Assembly (NCBI GenBank): GCA_965202585.1
Contig: OZ241828.1
Location: 33,604,001 to 33,668,000, forward strand
Direction: 5' to 3'
DNA: 64,000 bases
Source: Thalia democratica
Taxonomy: Eukaryota
Positions 13,034 through 26,399 of this stretch are shown here, in pieces. Both the position numbers and the translations under genes were made by a program. Below the pieces are notes generated by a model that saw only the letters and a program-made list of their open reading frames with translations, did no database searches and had not been told where the DNA came from. Position 1 is the stretch's first letter, and each line of letters starts with the position of its first letter.

Positions 13034-15003
13034 GCAAGTTTATAGTTTTGTTAGCTTTAATTTTTAACATTAGTGCACATATTACTTATAAACGTATTGA
13101 ATACAAAATTAATTTCATTAAAATTTTAAAACTATAAAACAATTAAGTTTAAGATATTACTTCAGAATTATTGCTGATGAGTTATAAAAAACAATATGTT
13201 TTATAAATTGGTTAAGCATTTGTTGTTCTTATGATTAAACTTGTTTCGCAAGACCTTAACATAAGAAGACAGCGATTATCAAACTAATAAAACGTTTGTC
13301 ATATGTAAATTCTAAGTTGCATTTTAAATATTTAAAGTTTACATACTCAACTTCTACTATGATAAAAAGACTTAACTTTTATTTGTTTAGATATTACAAA
13401 GGCATAATAAGTATTTTTTATTAAACCACTTGAAAAAAAATAAATTAAAGAAAACTAAAAAGTTTCAAATTCTTGTGTAAATTTTCAAATTCCATAATTA
13501 AAAAAAAATTGACAAACCCACATAACAACTGTTTAAATATTGACAATATTTAATTTTATCCTTTTTTTTTTAGTTCTTTTAATTACAAATTGGCATTTAA
13601 ATTTTTTAATATCTAATTTTTTCAAGATTCTTAGAAAGATCAAAGCTTCATAAATTACATATTTAATATAACTTATGTATTGTTTACGTTCTGCATAGTA
13701 TCACCAATTTTTAATTACAGTCTTTATTTCGGTTATAAATTAGCATGTCTAATTTAAAAGTTTATCTTTTAGAGTTTATTGTTAAAACTTGCTTTATGAT
13801 TACTGAAGCTACTTTTAATTGTTATATTAGCTGTGAAACTGCGAGTTAATTTCTTACACTATATATTTTATTGAACCTCCGTAAGTCAGACTGCATTCTA
13901 AGTAAATATTGTCTTAAATGAATTTATTTCGTTCTTGAGTTACAATCATTTTTACTGTTAAGTTTTTGTTATCGTGTTCGGTAAAATTTTCTTTGGAACT
14001 ATAAAATATTTTTAATGTTTGTCGAATAAAGTTAAAGTTTCTATGCCAATTTAAGTGTCTACATTTAAGTAAAAAAGCTCATTGTAAAAAATAGTTTTTA
14101 TTTTTCTAAGTTTTTTTTGGTAAACTTAATCATATTTGTAATAGGCGGATTCGACAGCTTATTGGTAACTGTATTTTCATTTACGGTTAAATTATTTTCG
14201 TTAACTGATACATTTTTATTTATTTTTTAATTGCTTTAATTGTTGTTGATTATTGTATTAAGACATGCTCAGGGTGGTAAGATCGGTTACTTATATATTT
14301 GAATTTTATTTTAATTTTTGGGATATTAGTTTTAATGATAAGATTTAGCTCAGTTCATAAACAAAAATAGCAAAATAACCTAAAAAAAGAATAGACGACA
14401 CAAATCAAAACATATATTAAATTGTGCAGAAGTTGTTTTTTACTATCAGCTAGCCAATTTTTTTTAATTATTTGAAACGTAATAAAATATTTTTTTTAAT
14501 ATTGCTTATAAACCTTATAATATTTTTAATAATATGCTAAACGCACTAAAATGCAATTAAAAAAATAAAATTAGTTGTTTTCTTGTATTGTTTATATTAT
14601 TCTTCGCTTTTGTATCATTAACTTTAACATTTGTCAATTAAGTAAACAAATAAAAACATGTTACTATGATTATTTTTTACTAAAAAGTATATATAATTAT
14701 TAAAATAACATTTGAATATAAAATTTTGTCCCAGTTATTTGCTAAATTATCTATTTAAGCTTTGAGTAAAAACTTTTAGAAAATCCGTATTTTTTTTAAT
14801 TATTTTAATTATTTGTAGTTCGTTAATGCTTATAAAAAAATTATTAGTTTTATTAATAAATAACTTTCCTTTTCAAGTTAAAAATTATATCTTGTTTTGC
14901 TGAAAATTTTTAAAGTTCATGACTCTAATTATTAAAAATACTTATCAATAAAAATTTAAAAACTCTTACCTAATATTCATAATAACATTAACTTTTTCTA
15001 AAG

Positions 15004-16493
15004 GTGGAAGGCTTGAAAATAAAGATCTAGTTACAATAATTAAATCAAGCAAAAGAACTCTTGACGAAAATGTAAGGAATATAATTTGCATAATCATTGA
15101 AAAAAAAGTAAATATTTTAAACGCGCTGACAATTTTTCAACTGATTAAAACTTTACAATTACCAAGTCTTAAAAAGGTGATAAATGATTTTATAAAACGT
15201 TGTTTCAATGCGCTTGTTGAAAACAGAAGTTTTTTAGAAATAAGTTTTATTGATATAAAAAGAATACTTTCAAGTTCTGAACTTTTTATAACATCTGAAC
15301 TTGAAATTTATAAGTTCGCTATAAAGTGGATAGAACACGATGTAGAAGAACGCAGACAATATTCAGAAGATCTTTTACTCACAACACGCCTCAACTTGCT
15401 TTCAAAAGATACTTTAAGATACCTTTTGAATGACCCATCTTGTTTGTTAGAAACAGTGGAATGCGTTGCAGTTTTAAAACAGCTCCTACATAATAAAGAC
15501 CATTGTGACCATAAAAAACTGACTATAAACCAACCAAGTAGATATTGTTCACAAGATCAGTTCAACATACTCGTTTGCGGAGGCTTCAATACAAAATTGA
15601 ATGCATATGTTAGAAATGTAACCCACATAAACGAGTGTGACATGAACAGAGTACAAGCTTTTCCATCATTGATTAATGAAAGTCTCTATTCTCATGCTGT
15701 TTATGTGAAAGGAGAAATATTTGTGTTTAGTTGCCAAAGATCAAAATGTATACATAAGTGTATGCCGAACAAGTATGTTGACGAAATATTAAAAACATCA
15801 GTTGAAAAATATTCACCATTCACAAACACTTGGACTGAAGTATCTGAAATGATCGAAAGTTCGACTGAAAACTTTTGCGCATGTGCTTTTATGGATCAGG
15901 TTTTCATTTTTGGAGGTGAAAAACACCAGTACGCAACAAACTCCTGTTTGAAGTTTAATACGAGAAACTATCAATGGAAAGAAGTCGCTGCAATGAATGA
16001 AGAAAGGGTGAAAGCAGCGTGCACCGTGTTTGAAGAAACCATTGTAGTGTGCGGGGGATATTATTATGAAGAGGCAGATAATGATCGTTACCGTTTTGAT
16101 ATTATTGATGATGTTTCATTAAACGCTGTCGAATCGTACGATGTGCTACCAAACAGCTGGTCTAAGATGCCCAGCATGGTGGAAAGTAGAAGGTTTCACA
16201 GTTTAGTTGCAGTAAAAAGCAAATTGTTTGTTATTGATCACCTGTGTTAAGTGTACGATAGCACCAGTAAAAGATTTGCCGTTATGCCCAATTCGGAAAT
16301 CTTGGATGAACATTTTCGTTGCAAAGTAGATATCACAAGCGCTATGCTTGCAGGAAATTATGTTTATGTTTTTGGAGATGACTCTACAGTCGTTTATCGC
16401 TATGATGTTAATGAAGATTGGTGGCAAGAATGTACAAGTAAAGTTACTGAAAGTCTTGAAGACTTTTTCTGCGTCAAAACACCTAAATTTTAG
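15004..16493 (+). pseudogene. Kelch-like (partial BTB-BACK-Kelch) main exon with one in-frame TAA at 16248-16250
   Basis: Frame is open from 15003. Contains a BACK motif (FLEISF..IKRILSSSEL.ITSELEIYKFAIKWIEHD.EER) and Kelch repeats (VEKYSPFTNTW, VFIFGG, VESYDVLPNSW). ORF 16251-16493 is in the same frame, giving HLC*VYDS where C-E-V-Y-D is expected. Confidence 0.88.
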
Positions 16494-17569
16494 TTCGTGC
16501 GACTAAAAAAAATATTTCTTTTGTATTTAAACACTTTATAGGATGTTAAACTTAAAGATTGTTTCAAACTGCTGAGACATATTTGAACGAAAATTGTTAA
16601 AATAAAAGACTAATAAAGCTAATTAGATGCAATGTTTAGGGCTTAAAAATTTATTTTATTCTGAATATTTTAACCAAGAGTTTTACAGAAAATTTCTTTT
16701 AGTATTTAAATAAAACGTTTTAGATTCTCGTTAAAGTTATAAAATATATTTTACAAGTATTTTTAATTTTTGAGTTTTACTATTAATGTATTGTTTTCTA
16801 TTAACGTTTTTTTTTTTAAATAATAATTATTTAAAATATTTCGCTAATAAAATGATATAATAGTGTACATTAGATGATGTTACATAAGTTTTCTGTTCAA
16901 ATAACTTGTTTAAAATGTTTTATGTACATGTTTTATATAAATAAAGATTTTAGAGCCTTTTTTATTACAAAGACATTGAATTTAGATGTTTTAAGTTATA
17001 TAAAACAAAAGCAAATATTTTTAAAATATCAAGTATTTGTTTATGGTTATTTACCAGCTATATTTTTAAAAGATGGTTTTAACTTTGAGCTTGGTAACTC
17101 TGAATAAAAAAAAATGAGTAGTCTTATAATTTAGCCTTCCATAAGATAAACAAAATGTTTAAATTGGACACAATAAAAGCAATTAGATTTTTTTTCATAA
17201 ATTGTTGAGTAGAGTTGTAAAATATGAAGCCTCTCAGTTATAAAAGAATTAAAAACATATTTTTTTGCACAGAAAGTTCAATTTAAGACTTATAATACTT
17301 ATTGTAGCGAAATAACTATGAAAAGGTATGAATCTGACCGAGATTTTTACATTTTCCATTCCTAACCGATGATAATGTTTTAAACAATAATTATTGATCT
17401 ACTTTGTTCCAGTATCCGGATCTATATCCGGCTTGAAAATGCCTTTTTAAGTTCAGATCTGGCCAGATACTAACTTAATTAATGCGGTAGTTCGCTTCTA
17501 TTAAATAAATGAAACTAGATAAAGAATTTTTAGTCATTTCTTTCATTTTTAAGATATTATATCTTAGAA

Positions 17570-20500
17570 CAGGGGTCGGCAAACTGCGGCCCGCGAAGGG
17601 TAAATCTGCGGCCCGCGAGCAAGTTATTTTTTTGAATGGAATGCGGCCCGCGAAAGAATATTTTGCGGCCCGCGAGCATGTAAATGTGGCCCGCTGAGCA
17701 AAAATATGTTTTAAGTTGAATTTGTTTGATAAATTTAGTTTGAAGTACCTGTATAACATTTTAAAACAATTAAAAGACTTTATTCATGTAGCATAAAAAT
17801 CTGAAAAAGACAGGTTAGCATTCTACTAAGTTTTTTTTTCAATTTCATAATAACTTTCTTTTTACAACAGCAAATTATTTTCTGAAAAAAATAGTTTAAA
17901 GATTTTTTAAAGTGTTTTGAATTAGTAAGATAGTTATATAAAACCTATTTGGTAAAAACTAAGTACAAATGTTTTCCGTTCTGTACAAAAATAATGCACA
18001 GTAATTAACTGAAATGTAATGTTTTTACAGTTTAGTTTTTTTTTACACGTTTTTTATATCTAAGTTTCTATCACAGATGTTTTATTTCTAAATGTTATAT
18101 TCTAGTTTACACAAAAACATTCAAAATGAGATAATAATAATAATAAAAAGAAGAAGAAGAAAAAAGGTTAATTTTATTTTGGTTTTGACACTTTTGATAT
18201 TTTAGAAGTTTTGTTAGCATTTTTAATTAATTCACCAATTAACAAAGATGTTCAAGTTTTAAACCACTTTTTATTTAATACTTAATGAGATAAAATTTTG
18301 TTTATGCATAATTTTCTAACATTATTGTTACTACATGTAATATCTAAGTTTATTTTTGTTAGTATACTTTTCGATTTTTAAAACCATGTTTTTTAGCAAA
18401 ATAAGTTAATTTTTATGCGTTGCCTACTAATATAAATAGTTGCTGTCTTTTGGAACTACCTATCTAATTGAAACTAGATTGAGAAATGGTAATTTATTAA
18501 GTTTGTACATTTTTAACCAAAATAGTTCAAATTCGTCATATAAACAAGTAAAAATTTCTACACACTCAGACTATGACTGTTTGAAGATTTCAAATCTCAA
18601 GCCAATTTAGTCACTTTTCAGTTTTTGGCTTGAATTGCTTTTTTTATGCTAAAATATCAGGCTAGTTTTGGTCACTCGGACTGACTTTTTTTCTTTAAAG
18701 AGTGGTAGATTAAATTTATGATGTATGTTTTGTTCATTGCAAGTGTTGGTTTGAATTAAAATATATTTTAAATTTTACGTCTTTCAGCTGATATAATTTG
18801 AATTATTATTTATACTAATTGTAAACATATAAGTGTGAACAATTAGTGTTATCAAAAAATCCTGGAAAAGCTTGGAATTGGACAATTTATACTTAAAAAA
18901 TCTGAAAATGCCTTGAATTTGAGAATTATCGAAAACACCTGGAGTTATAAACAATTTTTCATGTAAAGTAATGAAACTTTGATTTGACACAAAAAATCTA
19001 CCATGTAAAAATCTTTTATTAAAAAACACATTTAAAGTATCTTAACAGCATCTTTAAATTTTTTCTATGTTATTTAACACAGTATTTGTTTACCTTCAAC
19101 TTAATTATATACTAAAAATAGAAGCAAAAAGTTGTACTTTTGAAAACTTTATATTGCTTCATTACACCTTTGCTTTTAAAATGTGTTTACCTATTGTTGT
19201 GCTTTGTATTGAAACTAAACCTAGGAATTTTTCTAAAATGTCAAAATTAGTAAAACCACCTGTAACAAAAGCTCTAAAATTAATAATATCTATTGTTTCA
19301 GTTGTCGCATCTTAACAGATTGGTTTAAGTCCTAATTTGGTTTATGCGGCTTTATAATCTTCAGACGTTTCTTAAACACGACTCCTATTGATATTAAAAA
19401 AATAAACAAAAATATTTTACTAATGCAAACACAAATTATTTAAATAAGTTTTCAACTTTCAACGGTATATTTTTTTAGTAATTACTTTTGCTACTTTAAA
19501 ACTTGCCTAGACAGTTTTTTTTCTGATCAGTCTGTAGTAACTGAAAATAATTATGTGCGTTGTTGAAACTGACTTAAGCGATCTTTTTTTTTTTTTCTCG
19601 CAATAACTCCAAACTAACGTATTATAGTTCTTATGGCTCGTCTTATAATTCACATTTGCTCTTTTTAAATGCAATATTTTTATTGCAGATAAAACATTGC
19701 TATAAAACTCAATAAAAAATAAGTTTTTCTAATTCATTAATAGCTTAGTAAATGTTTAAAAACTTAATTGTCCATTCAAGCTGAATTACATTAATTTTCT
19801 TAGTTATATAATTAATTTATTGTTAATAAACTACGGTATTTCTTTATTTTGTGAACTTTTTTTTAAACAGGGTTGCCAAACAAACAAGCTAGTTAATTTT
19901 TTTTAATTCAGACTAGGTTAAAGCTGTTTAAGAAATTTTATAAAACTCAGGTCTATCTAAAACTTTTATTTTAAACACTTTGAATAAATCTTTGAATTCT
20001 CAGAATAGTTTTTATGATTGTAGTGTAGTTTACTAATTGTAATTTTTGTCTATTTACATATTATGCTTTTTAAAATAACTATACTTTAGTTATGTATTTA
20101 AGCTTGATTAACAGAAAGTTTTTAGATTTTTAACTTTTAGTAAACTTTTAATATAAATTAGAAATTTTTTCTTTTAAAATGGCAACCGTGTAAAAGACTA
20201 ATTAATTACTAATAAGGTATTTTATTAAAGTATCCAGCATTAATTATGCTAAAAATTTTGATTTAGCTTATCTACAGTATAAATGGGTATTAATTTTATT
20301 TAAATAACTAATTACTGAATTAATATTGTAAACTATTTAAAACGCAAAAAAAATTTTTAAGTTAACATTTTTTAAATATGAAAAGGTGGTTCATACTATA
20401 AGAAATGTATAAAAGTGACCAATAAATGTTTTCCAAGCTCGGTTTTATAGAGAGTTAGATTGTAAGTAAAATAATAAAAGTATTTTATTTAGTTTAAGTT

Positions 20501-20776
20501 ATTAAGTATCTAAGAAAGTACATATTTTATTAAGACTTAAGTATATTAAACAATGTAAATTCTATTACAATAGATATTTATATATTTAATAGGCATTATA
20601 TGTATAGCAGAAAGTCATTTAAAGTAATTAAGTGAACAAAAGTAAAACTATCTCTAGTGTGACCAAAATTAAAGCCAAAAAATTATTAGAACGTCACTAA
20701 AACTAAAACTGTTGCCCGCGAAGATATTGAAAACTTGAAATTTGGCCTGCAAGCACCAACTGCCTGCCGACCCCTG
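17570..20776 (+). mobile_element. Non-autonomous hAT (Buster/Charlie-like) element, 3.2 kb
   Basis: TIRs CAGGGGTCGGCA / TGCCGACCCCTG with an 8-bp TSD (tcttagaa / ttttagaa). Subterminal gcggcccgcg repeats. Transposase remnant LLSFGTTYL near 18440. Confidence 0.85.
19868..20190. mobile_element. MITE with CAGGGTTGCCA TIR nested in the hAT element
   Basis: Begins cagggttgcca and ends tggcaaccgtg. TSD not clearly resolved. Confidence 0.65.
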
Positions 20777-22185
20777 TTTTAGAAGATCCGGAGAGGTTAC
20801 TTCAAAATGGTCATTTAGAATTACTTTTGTTTAAACTTAAAAACTAGTAATATCATTTTTAATTTTTTTTTAGCACCTTCTAAAATATATACACAATTCG
20901 ATAAGATGCATTTATTTTATGACAGTTGAATTAAAAAGTTTTAATTAAAATATTCTGAATATCATTAAACTGTAGTAAAAGTAATCATATTTTGTTTGTT
21001 GCCAATAAAAGCTTAAAAGCTAAAAACACTTATTATGAATTAAACAATGCTATTTTTCTTCTAAATACTTATACAGTCTTAACTAAAAAAAATTGCTTAA
21101 TTTATTAAATGTAAAGAAAAACTTTTTACTATTTTATTTTTTATAAGCAGTTCACTATTTTATTTTACTTGAAGAGGTCGAAACTTTTTTGTCAGTGAAA
21201 CCTGGTTGTAAATAAAATATTAATTTGCACATCATCTTCATTTAAATAAGATCTTTACATTTCAGTAAATTGAGATATTTTTATATAGTTAAGACAAATA
21301 TGTAATAAATAGTATAGACAATATTAGTATTTATAATAAAATAGCATTCTGTAGTTTATGGTAAGTATTTATATCATATTTAGGTTTCACTTTTGATTTC
21401 TTTTAACTTAAATGACAGCAAACAAAATGTGATTACTTTTGTCATAGTCTAATGATATTTAAAAACTCTTAATAAAAACTTTTCAATCCAATTGTTGTAA
21501 AATAAATCTTTATTCAGTTATAAATACTTTAAAACTTTAAGAGTTCTTCACTCTTTTACTTAAAATAAAAATTTCTAATTTATTTATTATTGTTAGTCAA
21601 AATTTCTTATATACATTCAAAACTATATTGTAAACTTATTCAAAGATTTAGTAAACTTATATCCAGAACAGTTAATTTTTTTTTTAATAACGATGAAGCA
21701 TTTGTGTAGAACTCGCCGAGTATTCGATGTAATTGTGTTTCGGAAAATTATCCAGTACAGAGACAAAAGTTATCGTCAAAAATGTTTTATTTTTGCAACT
21801 AAGTTTTTGATTTTTAAATTTTTTACGTATTCTTTTCAAAAATAACGTCACAAAAAAGCAATTTTTTGCCTTAAAAAACTATTTTAGAATAATTATCCTT
21901 TAAAGTGTCAAAAATGGACTTTAAAAAACGATTCTACAGCTAGCTGAATATTTGTGTACTTTTATTTATATTGCTTTGTCTTGTGGGATAAACCTTAAGT
22001 TTAAATTATATCATGTTCATACTTTGCAATTATATTCTTGTTAGTCATCTAAAGATAACTTTTACTTGTTCTTGGTCATTACTCCTTTACCTCGGGTCAC
22101 TAACTTTCTTTTTGTTTTATAATAGTTTTTAATAATTTTTAATAATTTTTCTTTTTTTTTTATAAAATCTTGTGCAAAAATTAGC

Positions 22186-22332
22186 CTCAAAGCAAAACTG
22201 TAACTCGTGCAAAATTGACACATCGCCCAAAATTATCTTCGTGTAAATGAATCATCGTGCAAAATTGACCCTTCATGCAATTTTGTCCCCTCGTGCAATT
22301 TCGACCTTTCGGCGTTTTGATACTTTCCACCC
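22186..22332. mobile_element. Right arm of a GGG-ended foldback MITE (cgtgcaaaattgac repeats), truncated on the left
   Basis: 17-18 bp tandem units as in 29370-29602, ending ...ttccaccc. No matching left TIR or TSD found. Confidence 0.65.
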
Positions 22333-22810
22333 TGGTACGCATTTTGAGCACAGCGCAAAAAGAAAGCATAATACCGGCAGAGCGTACGTAGGAAATTTTG
22401 GTCTTTAGTTACAAAATTATACATTTTTGTTTCATTTATGGGGTATATCAATTTCAATGTGCACGATTTTAGCTAATCTCGTTTTTTATACGTTTTTCAC
22501 ATTTATAAATATATGGTAGTTTAAGAACTGCAAGAAAATTTTCCCGGTTTAAACAAATTAGGTTTCCTAAGGTTGTCATCGTGTGATTCTATGACTCTTA
22601 AAACAGCTCTGTTGGATAACCATTTTCGATTATAATTTTTAAATCTTTTCTATTTCAGTATGAAGCAATTCAGTGGAACAAATCATACGAACCAATTGAT
22701 ATCTTATCAGGTTTATCTTTCTTATTTGTGTACAAAAAACTGGGAGGGATACTGGAGTTTTTAAATTAAAATAAAAAAATAAAACAGTCTAAGTTTAAAA
22801 TTTATTTGCA

Positions 22811-22843
22811 GATGACGTTTCGACTTTTCATCAGTCATTATCA
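22811..22843 (-). ncRNA. Hammerhead-like core in the 3' tail of the Penelope-like element
   Basis: Minus strand reads tgataatgaCTGATGAaaagtcGAAACGTCatc. Stem I pairing is imperfect. Confidence 0.45.
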
Positions 22844-23806
22844 CCAAAATAACTGAAAATTAGTGTTAAACAATTAAGTATATAAAGATTTACGTAATAC
22901 AATATATAAACATTTATAAATTAGATTATATATTACAATAAAATAACATGTTACATAAATATTTACACATTGTTAAACTAATAAATATCTAACTAGTCAA
23001 AAATTCTTAGTGTATTGGTAATACCCGGCTTAGTTAATTGTTTGTTTAAAACTGGATTATAACGTTTAATTAGCAGAGATTCACTTATCAGGGTTTCAAA
23101 TTTATTTCTACATTTTTTCAAAATTCCAAAATTATTAACAGTCATTTTTCATTTTTACAAACAATACAATTGCTAATGTGGTCAGATACAGTCGTTTTGC
23201 CTTATAAATGTTTATTTAACTCTCTCTACTAATGGTCTTGGAGTGAATCCAATATACTGGATACTCTTATCATAAGAGCATTTATACTCATATACCACGT
23301 TGAATTTTAATTCATGGGGTTTCTTATCTTTATTACTGAAGTAATTGTTCACTTTTCTTGTGGTAAAGTTACTTTGAAGTGTTCGATGTAGTTATTTAAA
23401 AGCTATTTTAGTTTCTTTTTATACTCATACTAGGTTTTCCAATATAAGGTACCTTTACGATAATTTTGAAGTCTAAGCTACTTATTTTTTACTTAGTGCA
23501 GTCTTTACAAATGTTAATAGATCTTTCAAATACGTCATCAACAAATATTTTTGGATAACCATTTTTAAAGAATTTTTCTTTTAAGTTTGTGATTTCTTGT
23601 TTGTAAATTTTATGCATAAAAGCTCTAATTGTTGCTCTGTTCTCAAAACACAGTATTAGAGCTCTTTTCCATTTAGTTGGTGCCACTGCACCAAAATTTA
23701 AAATGACATCTGTATCGATTTCTTTTATGTGTACCTTTGGTAACATTTCTTATCTCTTTTGTTTAAAGTTAATGTCCAAAAATGAGAGTTCGTTTCTACC
23801 TAATTC

Positions 23807-24227
23807 GGGTGCACAACTATTCAAATTCGGACAATTAAAATTCTGACTATTCAAATTCTTAAGAAAAATTAAAAGGGCCACAACTAAAAATGTAATGTTT
23901 ACTTGTTAAACATAAAAAATACATATGTAGATCTTATAAATATCTACGAACCATTTCTTTCTTTTTACAATACATTAGTTATTTTTTGAGATATTGTTGA
24001 AATAAAGTAAAAAACAAAGTTACTTTTAGTAGTTTTTTAAAAACTTGAAAAATGTTTAAGATTTAGCAAAAAAGAAAAAAGTTGCTTGTAGATATTAATA
24101 AGATCTACATATATATTTTTTATTTTTTCAAATTTATAACACTTATTGAGATATAGTCTTTTAAAATTTTTTTAAGAATTTGAATTGTACGAATTTGAGT
24201 TGTCCGAAATTGAATTTTCATGTAACC
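23807..24227. mobile_element. 421-bp MITE with GG...CC ends and 9-bp TSD (MULE/Merlin-like), inserted in the Penelope-like ORF
   Basis: TSD acctaattc at 23798-23806 and 24228-24236. Imperfect TIRs (attcaaattcggacaa) and an internal inverted repeat (tatgtagatctta). The sister arm near 25215 has the empty site. Confidence 0.9.
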
Positions 24228-24895
24228 ACCTAATTCATATGTGAAGTTGATAGATGTATGTAGTTTGTTTAACTTTTTGTGTAATTTTTCATTTGAACCA
24301 TCTTTTCGGAAGATACAGAATATGTCGTCGACATATCGAATGTATAAAACTGGATTATTTTCATCTTCGGTGTTAAAGAGACTTTTCTCCAATGTTCCCA
24401 TGAAGTTATTTGCTATAGTAGGCGCTAGCTGGTTTCCCATGCTTACGCCATCTATTTGTGTATATAATTTCTTAATATATTTGAAAACACCTCTAGAAAC
24501 AGACTTTAATAGATTTAACATGTTTGATTGTGGTATGGTACTATCACGTAATAATTTGCAATCATCTTAATTATTTTTGATTCAGTGGTACATTAGTGAA
24601 GAGTGAGACTAGGTTAAAGCTAATACAGTAGTCACTGTCTTTACGTTTATACTTAAAAAGTTTTTCTAAAAACTCTTTATTGTTTTCTACACAATATTGT
24701 TTTAGGATATGATGTTTGGTTGTTACATCCAGATATTTAGCTAAATTATATGACGTTATATTTAGATTTAATTCAATAGATCTCAATGGGTAATCATTTT
24801 TATGGACTTTACACGTGCCATATAACTTGCCTGTCGAGTTACTACCAGTAATTAAGTTGTTATATGTCTTATTCATAATTGCAAATGATAGCAAA

Positions 24896-26195
24896 TGGAG
24901 TTCGTGATAGTACCATACCACAATCAAACATGTTAAATCTATTAAAGTCCGTTACACATGTTTATTCCAGTATAATATAAAATTATATACACAAATAGAT
25001 GCGTAAACATGGGAAACCCGCTAGCGCCTACTATAGCAAATTACTTCATGGGAGCATTGGAGAAAAATCTCTTTAATACCGAAGTTGAAAATAATCAAGT
25101 TTTATACATTCGATATTTTGACGACATTAACTGTATCTTCCGAAAAGATGTTTCATTCGAAAAATTACACAAAAAAAATAAATAAACTACATAAATCTAT
25201 CAACTTAACATATAAATTAGGTGGAAACGAACTCCCATTTTTGGACATTAACTTTAAACTAAAGAGATAAGAAATAATAATAAACGTACACAAAAAAAAT
25301 CGTCATTTTAAATTTTAGTGCAGTGGCACCAACTAAATTGAAAAGAGCTCTAATACTGTGGTTTGAGAACATAGCAACAATTAAAGCTTCCAGGCATAAA
25401 ATTTACAAACAAGAAATCACAAACTTAAGTGAAAATTTGTTTAGAAATGGTTATCGAAAAAAAACATGTTGATGACGTAATCGAAAGATCTATAAACATT
25501 AATAAAGACTGCACTAAGTAAAAACTAAGTAGCTTAAACTTCAAAAATATCGTAAAGGTACCTCATATTGGAAAACCTAGTAATGAATATAAAAACAAAC
25601 TAAAAAATCTTTTAAAGAACTAGATTGAAGACTTTAAAGTAGTTTTTACCACAAGAAAAGTTAGCAATTACTTAAGTAATGAAGATAAGAAACCCCATGA
25701 ATTAAGATTCTCATTGTCTATGAGTATAAATGCTCTGATGATAAGAGTATCCAGTATATTGAAATCACTTCAAGACCATTAGTATAGAAAGTTAAATAAC
25801 ATTTATAAGGCAAAACAACTGTATTTGACCACGTTAGTAATTGTAATGTTTGAAAAATGAAAAAACAACTCTAATAACAAAAAGTTTTGCTAATCAAACG
25901 TTATAATCTAATTTTAATAAACAATTAACTAAGCCAGGTATTACCCATACACTAAGAATTTTTGACTAGTTAGATATTTATTAGTTTAACAATGTGTAAA
26001 TATTTATGTAACATATTGTTTTATTGTAGTTTATAATTTTAATTTATAATTGTTTATATACTCTATTACTTAATATTATGTTTATTTAGCTGTTTAACAC
26101 TAAATTTTAGTTATTTTTCACAGTTATTGTTGATAATGACTTGTGTCATTACATCGTCTACGAATAATTTTTAAACTTAGAGTGTTTTTCTTTTT
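24896..26195 (+). mobile_element. Second Penelope-like copy, inverted relative to 22770-24560
   Basis: Reverse-complement match to the minus copy from RT motif 4 through the 3' tail, with many indels and stops. Confidence 0.92.
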
Positions 26196-26399
26196 AAATT
26201 GATATTTGTACAAAAAGTTTGAAAATGCAAGTATTGCCCTCTTTAAGAAAGTTTTCTATATATACTGGTAAGTAATTTAGCTTTACTCTTACTAATCGAT
26301 ATATCCAAAAAATAATTTTGTTATTGATTTCTATTTCCTTAGTGAATGAAAATTTCACGTAAAACTTTTAACTTACAAAACAGAGTTTCATTAACTTTG

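Larger units (their letters stand above)
22770..24895 (-). mobile_element. Penelope-like retroelement (RT plus GIY-YIG endonuclease), 5'-truncated and decayed
   Basis: RT motifs KLYGTCKVHK, SFNLVSLFTNVP, YTQIDGVSMGNQLAPTIAN, YIRYVDDIF. GIY-YIG region reads YEYKCS...YIGFTPRPL...KRYNPVLNKQL. Confidence 0.92.

Noticed and set aside
17475-17759. Overlapping short ORFs on both strands
   Set aside because: They arise from GC-rich subterminal repeats of the hAT element.
22187-22457. Two short minus-strand ORFs
   Set aside because: They translate MITE tandem repeats.
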